Below are positions 14,873 through 26,837 of a DNA stretch of 64,000 nucleotides, in pieces. Origin of the DNA: Eledone cirrhosa (lineage: Eukaryota); the NCBI GenBank assembly GCA_964016885.1, contig OZ024742.1, positions 305,722,001 through 305,786,000 of the forward strand. The letters are read 5' to 3'. The notes beneath the pieces were generated by a model. It did not search any database. It was not told where the DNA came from and worked only from the letters and a program-made list of their open reading frames with translations. The stretch's first letter is position 1; each line of letters opens with the position of its first letter. The translations under genes were made by a program, and so were the position numbers.

Positions 14873-14989
14873 CTACGCCCGACTCCACCACATCTGACGT
14901 CTGCAGCCGCTGAAGGTATCTTAGCAACGGCTTGTGAAAACGAGAGCAACAATGCTAAAAGAATGAGAATGGGACTAGAACCGTTACCC
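14873..14989 (+). CDS. NOL4: Internal coding exon of a nucleolar protein 4 (NOL4/NOL4L)-like gene
   Basis: Polypyrimidine tract + AG at 14871-14872 and GTAAGT donor at 14990. 117 bp, phase 0/0. The only open frame gives LRPTPPHLTSAAAEGILATACENESNNAKRMRMGLEPLP, which resembles the NOL4/NOL4L conserved block as I recall it (RP.P.HLTSA.AE.ILA.ACE.E...AKRMR). No other exon was recognised. Confidence 0.82.
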
Positions 14990-16600
14990 GTAAGTTACAC
15001 AATCAACACTTATTCGCCTTGCTTTTATTTATCTGCTTTGATTTTCTCTCTTCTCGTTCTTTATATGTACTTCTTTCCCCTTTTCTCTCTCCACTATTCT
15101 TTGTTGATTACATCATTTCAGTTACAGTTCATTTTCTCTTTTTCAACCACGGTGCCTTCACTGCCTGCTTGTCTGTCTGCCAGTTTCATTTTCCCCCACT
15201 CTCTCATTAGAATTTTTTTTCTCCTTTTTTTTTCCTTTCTCATAGTATATTGCATTGCGACCATCGCGGATCGCTTCTTTCAATAGTTTAATAGTTTTCA
15301 TCGATCATATCTATTCAATACTTATATCAATCGGGAACATTTTATCGATATTCATTCGTAGAACCTCTGGGACACAAGACACAAATTAACAAAAAAATAT
15401 TATAAACAACTCCATTATTTTATTTAGGTGTAAATCTCTCTATCCCCCCCCCCCCACCCGACTCTGGGAGTCGGACTCTAGAGTCTAGAGTCCGACTTTC
15501 AGTGTCTAGAGTCTTGAGTCTAGACTCTAGAGTCTAGACACTAGCTGAAAATGCTACGCAGTGGGACAAAAGCCGAGATATCCCCCACACACACGCACAC
15601 ACACACACATATTCACACACACACATTCACACACTAACCCACACATATATATATGTATATGGGTGGGTGTCACTTTGATAAACAGGTATTAATAAGATTG
15701 GCTAAATTCTATTGGCTGACATATAAGCGGTGTTGTATTCGTTGTGATGAATTATATATACACCTGAAGGTACTTAGATAATTCAAAGAAAATCAAACAA
15801 GAAGATGAGATAGGAAAAGCAGGAAAGAAAGAATGATACACATATATAATACATAAGTGAATCAATGAAACATATAATAAAAATAAGAAAGAATAGAACG
15901 AGTAAGCAATTGTCAATTGGTTTTAACGTGTCGCTCTGTATTACATGGTTGGCTTTTGTTAATTCTGCTGCGCTTTGCAAATACAGCCTGTTGTAACATC
16001 TGAACTGGTCGCTTGGAACAGCTTTATTGATCGGTCATTTTTACAATGAATCAATATTGAACTACGTGTTGTCAACCCTTTAAAAACTGGTGGATATTGT
16101 TTAATACACTTTGACTTAACAATATATAGTAGAGTGAACCACTGTAATACAGGATTAGCTTTGATCCGTTGTTGTTATTGCTTGCTGATGTTGTTCAAGG
16201 CATTGTTGTATTTCTTGTTAATTTTGTTGTTTTTAGTATAATTTTTCCATTTCTTCCCATTTATATTTCATTTTTATTTTCGGGGTTGGTCAGTTGGTTG
16301 GATACACAGATAGAGGTAAGATCGAATATGAAACGTGTCTATTCTAAACACGTATTAAATAAATAACTAAATAGATGAATGATTCAATGAATAAACGAAC
16401 TCTTTCGCAGTATAACAAGAAACAATACAATTGCAGTCAGTGCAACAGAACTGCATGTGTTATGTAAAGAAAGAGGAGACCTGTATTCTGCTTAGTGATG
16501 CATGAATTTTGTTTATGGAAGCATTATACACACACACACGCATGCACATAGGCACACACATACACATTCATAGACATACACATATATATATATATATAGT

Positions 16601-16639
<39 letters not shown>

Positions 16640-17256
16640 ATGTGTTGGTCTGCGCGCGCGCGTGTTTGTGTGTGTGAGCGTGCATGCGTGCGTGTATGTA
16701 AGTATGTATATATGAAAATAATGGATCTTCCACCGCTTTCGGGAATGAGTATTCCAATTCTTTGAATGACTTAACTACCAACTCAATGAATTATTATGAA
16801 TATGGCTGAGTATCCACGAGACACATATACCTATAACAATCAACTAACAGTCTGTGAAAATAGTGGCAATTTAATTTAAAATGCAGTCCATCCGAAATGA
16901 ATGAATAGTTTCCATCCATTCAGATTCATTCACACTACTTGGGTCAAGCTAATGCAATGGTAGATGACGCTTGTTACAGATTCTACAGAACATGACCCAA
17001 CCATAAACTTCAAGGTTGGAGCATTAATTTCTCAATCACTCGATCATGCTTGCGATCTTATTTGTGTGTGCATGTATATATATATACATGCACACACATA
17101 TATATCCAGGAAGTGTAACGCTGAGTTACTGTAGGTTCACCCGAGTGAGCCCTCGGTGTTTAGGTTCACGTCAATATCCAGGTTTAGAGCTAGACAGAGT
17201 GTAATATAATAATAATACAAGGACGAGTGGTTAATCCTTCATTTCGTTTATTGGAT

Positions 17257-17341
17257 GGTGACGCACGTTTCGCTATTGATCAGCTCAAAGTTCGATCTGT
17301 ATTGATCTGGCCCGACTTTGGAATTTAACGCTCGTCAGACC
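17257..17341 (-). ncRNA. Type I hammerhead ribozyme candidate with a long stem II
   Basis: Minus strand reads GGU-CUGACGA-GC...(CAAAGU..GAUC AAUACA GAUC..ACUUUG hairpin)...GC-GAAA-CGUGCG-UC-ACC. Canonical core with a GUC site. Lies in a ~250-bp segment (17107-17356) between (TA)n tracts. Confidence 0.7.
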
Positions 17342-17354
17342 TCTGTAGTAGTAA

Positions 17355-17404
<50 letters not shown>

Positions 17405-17562
17405 GAGGAGGTTATAGTTCACTTGAAGCATTGTGTAATGAGGTATAAACGTTTGAATATGTGTAATAAAGCCAAAACAATGCAGGTATGGACATAGAAA
17501 AAAGAATGCAATTGTAAAAGATATTGTTGACATTCGTCCTTTACCTTGAATTTATTTAAATG

Positions 17563-17600
17563 TCCTTAATTTTCGAGATAATATCTCTTCTTCGGAGGGA
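17563..17600 (-). ncRNA. Minimal hammerhead-like motif in the pLTR (sense copy)
   Basis: Minus strand reads CCU-CCGAAGA-A-GAGAU(AUU)AUCUC-GAAA-AU-UA-AGG. Core has U4->C; stem III is minimal and palindromic. Confidence 0.55.
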
Positions 17601-18001
17601 AATAAAGGTCTCAAACCAGCGCTCTAAATATCTAGCCAAGCTATGCTGACAGGAAATAGTATAGAGTATCTGTTCTATCTCTAATATCAAAGAATTAAAA
17701 TTAGGTGGACAAAGAGTAGTCTCCCTTTAAAAGGGGTTTGTTTAGGGTTTTTTTTGTTTTTATTTTATATACATGCCTGTATAAGTGTGTGGGAGAATTC
17801 ATGAAGGTGTAGGTATGTGGGTGTGTGTGTGTGTGAGTGTGAGAAGATAGGTCTATTCGTAAATGTGGGGGGTAGGTGTTATCTGGTGTTAGAACTGGTT
17901 TTGAGTGTGTATGTGTGAGAGAGAATAAGTGGAGGTGTAAGCGTGTGTGTGTGCGCGTGCGTGTGTGTGTGGGTGGTGTAAATATGGGGCTAGAGGCCCT
18001 A

Positions 18002-18892
18002 TCAGGTTATAAATTGGGTGTTGAGTTCTAGTCTATTATTGATTGGTGGTTGTGTTTTATCTATACTTAGTGCTTCCTTAATTCTAAGATTGCCGAGGTT
18101 TCTTTCCTTAGTTTCTATCCTAACTGTTATGGTTTTGTCGGTGTTTTTGCATTTAACTAGGTGTCTCTTAAATGAGGAAGCGTTAGTATTGAGGTGTTCT
18201 TTTATTCTTATGTGGAGTGGTCTGGTGGTGCTACCTACGTAGAAGTTGTTGCATTTGTCACACTCTAGTCTGTATACGACGTAAGCCTGGTGGCATAGGT
18301 CTGTGTCGTTGATGGGGCAGTTGGCTAGTCTGCAGCAGTTGTCATGTCTGGTGGAGTGTCTCTTGGCCAGCCGTCCGCGCAGAGAAGGACCCGAGTGGGC
18401 CAGTTGGATATCCAGTCCCTCTCGTCTGATGGCTCTGCGGATGGCTGTTATTGTTTCTTCACTGAAGTGTGGGAGCTTCAAGAAGCAAGTGTTAGTGCCT
18501 CGGGTGTGGTGTCCTCTGTTCTTTCTGGCACGGTTTGTGGTGGATGTCGCGTATCCGTTCAGTTTGAGTACTTCCAGGAAATGTGTGGTGTGTGTGTCTC
18601 GGTCTCTAGCGTCGGTGCATTTGTTCCTGATACGTGCCAGTTCGTTCCTTATGTATCCGAACTTGGCACCGAGTGGGAGGGCCGATCTGAAATGTACGAA
18701 CAGGTCCCTGCTGGCGGATTTTTTATAGAAGCAGGTGTGGATGTTGCCTTCCTCTGTTACCCTGAGTTGGAAGTCCAGTAGGGATAGGGATCCGCGGTCA
18801 TCGGGGTGTTCCATGCTGAACTTTATACTGGCGTCCATGCTGGAGAATGTTGTGTATACTCTATCTGCCTCCTCACGGGATGATGTCAGCAT
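18002..18892 (-). pseudogene. Penelope-like polyprotein fragment: RT C-terminus/thumb, Cys-rich linker, GIY-YIG endonuclease
   Basis: IKFSME...LSLLD...FYKK...HFRSALP (PLE RT end), CCRLANCP..C linker, VVYRLECDKCNNFYVGSTTRPLHIRIKEH (GIY-YIG), IKEALSI...IN C-terminus. The frame is intact but lacks the RT catalytic core. Confidence 0.9.
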
Positions 18893-18934
18893 GGCTTGGC
18901 TAGATATTTAGAGCGCTGGTTTGAGACCTTTATT

Positions 18935-18972
18935 TCCCTCCGAAGAAGAGATATTATCTCGAAAATTAAGGA
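18935..18972 (+). ncRNA. Minimal hammerhead-like motif in the inverted pLTR
   Basis: tccct ccgaaga a gagat att atctc gaaa at ta agga; the mirror copy of 17563-17600. Confidence 0.55.
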
Positions 18973-19474
18973 CATTTAAATAAATTCAAGGTAAAGGACG
19001 AATTGTCAACAATATCTTTTACAATTGTATTCTTTTTTCTATGTCCATACCTGCATTGTTTTGGCTTTATTACACATATTCAAACGTTTATATATATATA
19101 TATTTATATGGGGGCATGGTGCGTATGTCTGTGTCTGTGTGTGCGTGTGTAAAAAAGAGTGTTGTAGATTGGGTGAAGCGTTGTGGATCGTCAATTACCT
19201 TAACTTGAAAGAAAAAAAAGGTACTAGACGTAACACCACACAGCAGACAACTGCTACACAAGACAAAACAACATCCATATCAAACACACTCAGCATTGTA
19301 ATTATCAACCTGGATCATTTAGTGCAAGAAATGTTGTCATGCCTTCTTTCTAAGAATAACAAAAAACGTCTATCATGACAGTGATGCATATAAATATGTT
19401 TTTAAGGCACATGAACACACAATCTCATATAAATATCTACATATTTATATATATATACACACATGCACACAGTC

Positions 19475-19519
<45 letters not shown>

Positions 19520-19618
19520 AGAGATGTCAACATAAATGGACCTGTTATTTTTATATAAATACATTTTTTCCAATTCCAATCCGCTCGTCCCCTTCAATCT
19601 ATCTTATTTCTCATTCTT

Positions 19619-19654
19619 TCTTCTGATGAAGGACTAGCGTCCGAAACGTCAGGA
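19619..19654 (+). ncRNA. Minimal hammerhead ribozyme motif
   Basis: UCUU-CUGAUGA-A-GGAC(UAGC)GUCC-GAAA-CG-UC-AGGA. Confidence 0.65.
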
Positions 19655-19774
19655 CTTTCTTTCTGCTATTTCAAGCGTTAAGCTAATATATTCCTTCCAT
19701 ATACTCCATATATATATATATACATACATTTATATCTATATGCCTGTCTATCTACTTATCTATCAATCTATCTA

Positions 19775-19814
<40 letters not shown>

Positions 19815-20165
19815 TATGCACACACAAACACACATACACACACATATGTGTGTGGATATATATTATGCAAACATACGTATGCCCTGGTAACATATATATA
19901 TATGTTATATTAAACCCACTGACACAGAATTACATAAAGAATTGAATCTATTCTTATTTCCGTATTTTGTGATGAATGAAGGCATCTCTAGGTATCTATA
20001 ATACAACGTTTGATCTAATTTCTCTAAAGCAAACCACTGTATTTTTATTTTCTCCACGCTCTGTTAAATATTTTCCATCTCTCTGTCTGTGTACACACAC
20101 ACAAATACACAAGCACACATCCACGCACAAACACACACAAACACTCACCCCCCCTCCACCATATA

Positions 20166-20231
<66 letters not shown>

Positions 20232-20419
20232 TTTTTCGTTCTGTCTCTCCCCATGTACCGTTTCTTCTCTCTTTATTTACATCTCTGTCTCTAATCCTCT
20301 GTTTCTATGCTCAAAAATCTCTTCTCTTGATATGGCTCTCTTTGTTTTGAGTAAGTATTCCCTTTTATATCATTTATATGTACTATTGCATTATTATTTC
20401 ATTATTATATCCTGTTAAT

Positions 20420-20570
20420 TACGTTCTGACTTCAACTCCCACCGTAGTCATTTTTGTTTGTAATCCTTCTGTGGTCGATAAAATAAAGTTCTATTCAAGT
20501 ACTTGAATCAGTATGGTAGATTCTCACATTCCCCTCATTGCTGGTCTTGCGCCAAAATTAGAAACATTAT
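20420..20570 (+). mobile_element. Degenerate SINE family S1
   Basis: TAATCCTTCTGTGGTCGATAAAATAAAG...TTGCTGGTCTTGCGCCAAAATTAGAAACA. Confidence 0.6.
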
Positions 20571-20852
20571 ATCCTGCTCATTTTTTATTAAGATGATGTT
20601 TGAGTTGTCCACCGTAACAAGTAGTATCCTTGAGACAATACTTCAGGGTGTGTTTACAATTCAAGAAGTTAGTGGCAAAACGAACAAAACAACATCAATA
20701 GATGTAATAGTCATAAAGGGTTACTACATTTCCAAGATCACGTATAATGTATATTGAATGAATCTCAAAATCGAGTTGGAGATATATAACATGAAATACA
20801 AAAGAAATTATAAAAATAAAAATAAATAGAAACGACAAAATACCAAGAGATT

Positions 20853-20931
<79 letters not shown>

Positions 20932-21085
20932 AAAGATACTGGAGAGAGTGGCGATTGAGGAAAAATATTTGACGAGAGGCGAGAACAAGGGATGGAAAGA
21001 TAGAGTGAAATATGATATTAAAACGATAATATGGGACTGTATATCTATGTCAGTTTAGTTCAGCTTGTTATATATATATAAAACA

Positions 21086-21122
<37 letters not shown>

Positions 21123-21296
21123 TGGCAATATTATTAAACAAATATGACCCTCCCCAAGTATATATATATAACATGGTGAACTATATATAGATATACATAC
21201 TAACACACATATATATCCTAGAAACTATCGTAAAATGATGAATTTTTTAATATAAGGAACTTGTTCTTTGTTTTTATTCATTGTTTTTATTAATTT

Positions 21297-21357
<61 letters not shown>

Positions 21358-21360
<3 letters not shown>

Positions 21361-21560
21361 CAAAGGAACTGTGGTAAGGAACCAGATGGACCATAACGCA
21401 CCAGAGTACTCAATACTTAGGGTAGTAGAGTGGGAAATAGGAAAAAGTATGACACCGACGGCAGAGCTCAAGCCGTTTCGACGGCTATTTCTGGACTAAG
21501 TTAGGATGTTTAGCCTGGTGAATAAATAGCTTAACTTGTCTAGGGGGTCCTTCCTTATAT
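21358..21560 (-). mobile_element. Longer, non-palindromic copy of family A (may extend to ~22118)
   Basis: Reverse complement of tail + arm, continuing past the fold-back points of the other copies. Begins at (TA)n. Confidence 0.75.
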
Positions 21561-22116
21561 GGGAAGATTGTAGTTGTCAAGATGATTCGTTAAAATTTGT
21601 TGTAAACACAAATAAGTCTATCATGGCATTTGGTGGGAGGTAGGGGTGGCGGAACTTGCCTGTAGAACAATAGGGGGGTGATTGGAGCGGTTAAGCGTTG
21701 AAAGTGATATGTATTCATCAGATTCTAAGGATAGTGTATGAAGTGGAGGAGGGAGGTTATAGAATAGGTAAATCGAATGAGAGTAGGAGACAATAAAAGA
21801 TAATAGAAAAAAAATATATATATATAGTGAGAAATGAATAAAAAAATCACAATGCTATCTAACAATTATAGGTTAATAAGTTGAGAATAGAAAAAACTTA
21901 TAGAAATTGAGTAGTACCAGAACTGATACAAAATTAAAGGGGTTTAACACGTCTGCTATAAGTAGTGAGTAAAATGTATTCGGCCAATTCTATCTTAAAA
22001 TCACAGGGGTGGGGGACTGATGCTACAGAGGCCCGATGGGCTGCATCGGGGTAGGCGAATGAGGAAAAGCAGACGAGGAAGAAAATAGGGGGTGGAAGGA
22101 AGTGATCATACTTTTT

Positions 22117-22215
<99 letters not shown>

Positions 22216-23099
22216 GAATGGTTAAGAAACTCGGTCCAACTTCTTTTGAGAAAAAAGATAAAGGGGCCGTTTTTATGGTAGTTTTTCCATGCATTCATCT
22301 GTTGTACGAACAAAGAAGCATAACACATTTTATCTTATACACACACTGAGGCCCTCACATGCACACATACAATTATATGTTTCTGTTCTGTGGGGATATA
22401 GCCGAGAACCAACATCAAGAATTAGAACCTAGTGTAGTATAGATAAAACTCGCACGTACATACATATATTTATGTATACGTGCACACACATGAACATTGA
22501 CATAGCTTCTTACCAAACATAGCTATCGTATGTTTGTATGCAAAGAAGAGAGAGAGAGAATGTGAAGAAAGGAGAGAGTGAGAGAGAGTGAAAGAGTGAA
22601 CGAATTATTTGCAATGTGTGATTTTTCGAGCGTTTCCCAGAAGTACTAATACCGATAATGGGATTAAAGACAAGTTCTATTTAGCAGTAAATATTAGGCT
22701 GAAGATTCTGTTCGCCGAGGACTCTAAACCGTTACCACTACTTATTTTCGAAGCCGTGTCTATGATGTTTGTTATGTATTTTCTCTAAAATTACCTAGCT
22801 CTAGAATCATTGTTCAATTGTAGGTCCCTCTTGAGCCTTTCAGAAGGACCAAAACAGATGTACGTTTTAGCTTTGAAATGTATAGTTATATTTGAGGTGC
22901 AGTTTTCAGGAAAGTTTATAGCAATTTTTAGAGGATTACTTAGGTTTATTCGTGATTTGAAAGGTGATTGTGGATTGGGTTCACGTAAGCAATGTATATT
23001 TATGATGATGAAGAAAATATAATTTTCATATCATTTTGGAGAATATTTTTGAGGTCTCCATTCTTGAAGAAAGAACAGGTTTCATTTGAGGTGTTTAGA

Positions 23100-23715
23100 A
23101 TTGAGGTGTGTAGCGCATGTGTACAGAACGTCAGTCGAACGGAGAAGTTTGCATCATCTGCAAAGGAGTGAGATAGAGTAATATAAAATATGTCATTAGT
23201 GTACAGGGGAACGAACTTTGGATGATATAACCGAAAACACCAAAGTGGAGAGAGAGTGAGTGAAACTGAGTGAGAGTGAGTGAGAGATAATGAGAAGAGA
23301 GTGAGAGCGAGCGAGTGAGAGAGAGAGGGGGAGGGGGAGGGAGAGAGAGATGGTGATCTAGCACTACACGCTGCAATGATGCGGGGAAATTGAGATGGAT
23401 GTAATCCATAAGCAGGTAGCTTAGCCAGGAGATATTTGTGAAAGACAGTCAAATAGTTTGTTGATGTCAAGTAGAGCGATATTCATTGCGCCAAATTTCA
23501 TAAGAAAGGGAACACAAGAGAGAGGCATAACACCTCAGTTGATGGGAATCTACAGAAGATGTGCCGCAGGCCATTGGCAAAGGATAGAATTCAAAGTATT
23601 GGTAATGATTGCGAACAATTGTTTGCGTAACTTTTAAAGATAATGGAAATCAGCCACGGGTCGACAGTTGAGATTCTCCAATATTGTAAGAAACCTAATG
23701 TTGGAAGGAAAGCAA
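23100..23715 (-). pseudogene. Decayed LINE reverse transcriptase fragment (Jockey/CR1-like)
   Basis: Frameshifted pieces ALLDINKLFD / HKYLLAKLPAYGLHP and LYTNDI...HSFADD, interrupted by (GA)n. Confidence 0.6.
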
Positions 23716-24989
23716 AGAAAAGAATGAAATGATGGGAGAGTTACGACTGGATGATTTTATTTCATCAAATGTTTGCTGCAACAGTGCTGTCCAGGGGCTA
23801 AACTACACCAACAACAATGACAGCAGCCACAGAAACGGCAGCAGTAGAAACAGCAGCAGCAAAAATGACATCAGAAGCAGCAACAACAGCAGCAGCAAAA
23901 ACGGCAGTAGCAGCATCAACAACATCAGCCCTCCAATCTGAAAATATAGTAAGTGAAAGAAAGCATGAACAAACAAACAAGTAAACAAGAAAGAAAACTA
24001 GATCTAATCAACATCAGGAAGAGCAACAAGAACAATAACTACAACAAACAATGGCTATAGACTTCACAGAGTGGAAAGAAAATAGGAAGTGAGAGAAGAG
24101 AAAACGATGGCTACATGAAAATTAAAATAGCCACATCAACAGAATACAAAGAAGGTGGATGGTGCTGGTGCTGGTGCTGGTGCTGGTGGAGGTGGTGTTG
24201 GTGCTGCTGGCGGCACTGGTGCTGCTGGTGGTGCTGGAGTTGACGGTGCTGATGGTGGTGGTGGTGGTGGTGGTGGTGGTGGTGGTGGTGTTTGTAGTGG
24301 TTATGGTTGTTTTGGTGATGGCAGTGTTGATGGTTGTGATGGTTGTTGAGGGCGCTGGTGATTGTGGTGGTGGTGGTGGTGGTGGAGGTGGTGCTGGTGG
24401 TGCTGGTGGTGCTGGTGTTTGTAGTGATGGTTGTTAGGGTTGCTTGCGGTGGTTGAGTTGGTGGGTTTGCTGGTGGTGATGATGTTTGCGGTGGTGGTGG
24501 TGGTATTGGCTGTGATAGGGAGGGGGAGTGAAATAAACAGATACAGAAAGACGATTCAAGAATTAGAGAAATAAAAACAAGAACAAAAAAAAAAGAAAGT
24601 GAAATAATAATTCAAGAAAAAATTGAACGAAAGATGAAAGAAAAAAAATAATAAAATAAAAAAAATAAGATAAAAAAATAAAATATACCCAATAAAAAAG
24701 AAAAAAGAAAACATAAGAAATGCAAGATGCCGAAAGAGAGAATGACTTGGTTGAATTGAAGAAAGTAAATACAGAAGAAATAGAAAAAAACAAAAGAAGA
24801 ACAAAGAAACAAAGAAACAGCAATAATAATTCAATAGTCTAAAAATTTCTCAAACTAAATTTATCCCTGATAAATACATAAGCTTGGCAACTTCTATACT
24901 ATCTACCTTCTCTCTTTTTATTTCTACCCTCTTTTTCTACGTCTTTCCTTCTCCTGGTGTTATTTTCGCACATACAGACACACAAATTT

Positions 24990-25082
<93 letters not shown>

Positions 25083-25263
25083 CTCTACCTTTGTCTATAT
25101 AATTACTTTCTCACACACACTATCTCTCTCTTTCTATCTCTCTCTCTCATTCGCTCTGTCTTTCTATCTTTCCTGCATTCTCTCCTTGTCCACTCTCTTT
25201 CTCTCACACCTTTCGCTGTATCTTTTCTCTCTCACACACACACTATATATATATCACTTTTTC

Positions 25264-25302
<39 letters not shown>

Positions 25303-25774
25303 TTCTCTGTATTTTTTCTTTCTCACACACACTGTATCTCTACCTTAGTATCTTTCCTTCATTTTCACTCTAACCGCTCTCTCTTTCTCTCACCACCTCT
25401 CTTTTTCCCGCTCTCTCCCTCTCTCTCTCACACACACACATACACACACATACTCACACTATGCACTCTTTCACTCCATCGCTCTTGGAATATACACAAC
25501 CTATTCAATATTAAATATATCCGTGTTGGCGTAGACGATAGGTCTTCGTTCAAAATGGCTGCAGTTACCATAGTAACTTTGCGAATGTGTGTAGCAGCCG
25601 ATACTATGTTGAAAGCAATCGCCATATTAATAATAATGGCCTAGGAGAAAGCTTATCTGTCGGCAACTAGTTAGTCTGATGGTTACTGCATTAAAATTTG
25701 TTTTCTCTGCACATACTGACAGGAAGGAACATGAGGTGTGACAGGGTGGAAATTGAAGCAGAATGAGGTACCAT

Positions 25775-25890
<116 letters not shown>

Positions 25891-26114
25891 TATATACACA
25901 CGCGCACGCGTGCATATATATATGTATGTATATATACACATATATATATGTATGTATTAAAAATTTAGGTTTATATACAAACATTGACCAAATTGTACAG
26001 TATGTTGGCACACGTAGGTGTGTATATATGGAAGCTTAGTTTTAGATGGCACCTTCTAATATGACCATATATAAATATATATGTATATATATACATGTAT
26101 ATCTATATATGTAT

Positions 26115-26190
<76 letters not shown>

Positions 26191-26224
26191 GTACATATAT
26201 ATCTATATTTACATATATGTGTGT

Positions 26225-26266
<42 letters not shown>

Positions 26267-26369
26267 GAGTAAGATGTATGGTAGGTCGTATGTGAATCGC
26301 GATGATCACGTCTGACTTACCAAATATGTGACGGTAGCTAGTTAAGCTCTATGCGTATACGCAGAGCAG

Positions 26370-26406
<37 letters not shown>

Positions 26407-26410
<4 letters not shown>

Positions 26411-26601
26411 AACAAGTAAGACCCCGACGGCTGAGCTCAAGCCGTTTCGACGGCTAATTCTGAGTACAGAATTAGCCGTCGAAACGGCTTGAGCTCAGCC
26501 GTCGGGTCTTACTTGTTCCTATTACCCACTCTACTACCCTAAGTATTGAGTACTTTGGTGCGTTATGGTCCACCTGGTTCCTTACCACATTTCCTTCGTT
26601 A
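26407..26601 (+). mobile_element. Fold-back copy of repeat family A
   Basis: Palindrome ~26407-26521 with an AGTA loop, plus the same tail. (TA)n on both sides. Confidence 0.8.
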
Positions 26602-26801
26602 TATATATATATATATATGTAGGTATATATATATATAAATATGTAGGTATGAATATACACTCACACAGAAGAACATACATACTTACATACATACATTTAT
26701 ACATACATACACACACACACACATGCACACATACACGCAAACACACACACACGCACACATATATATATATGTATATATTTATATATGTATATATGTATAT
26801 A

Positions 26802-26837
<36 letters not shown>

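Larger units (their letters stand above)
17401..19092 (-). mobile_element. 5'-truncated Penelope-like element with inverted pseudo-LTRs, flanked by (TA)n
   Basis: GIY-YIG ORF on the minus strand. ~208-bp near-identical inverted repeats at 17444-17651 and 18884-19092. (TA)n on both outer sides. Confidence 0.9.
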
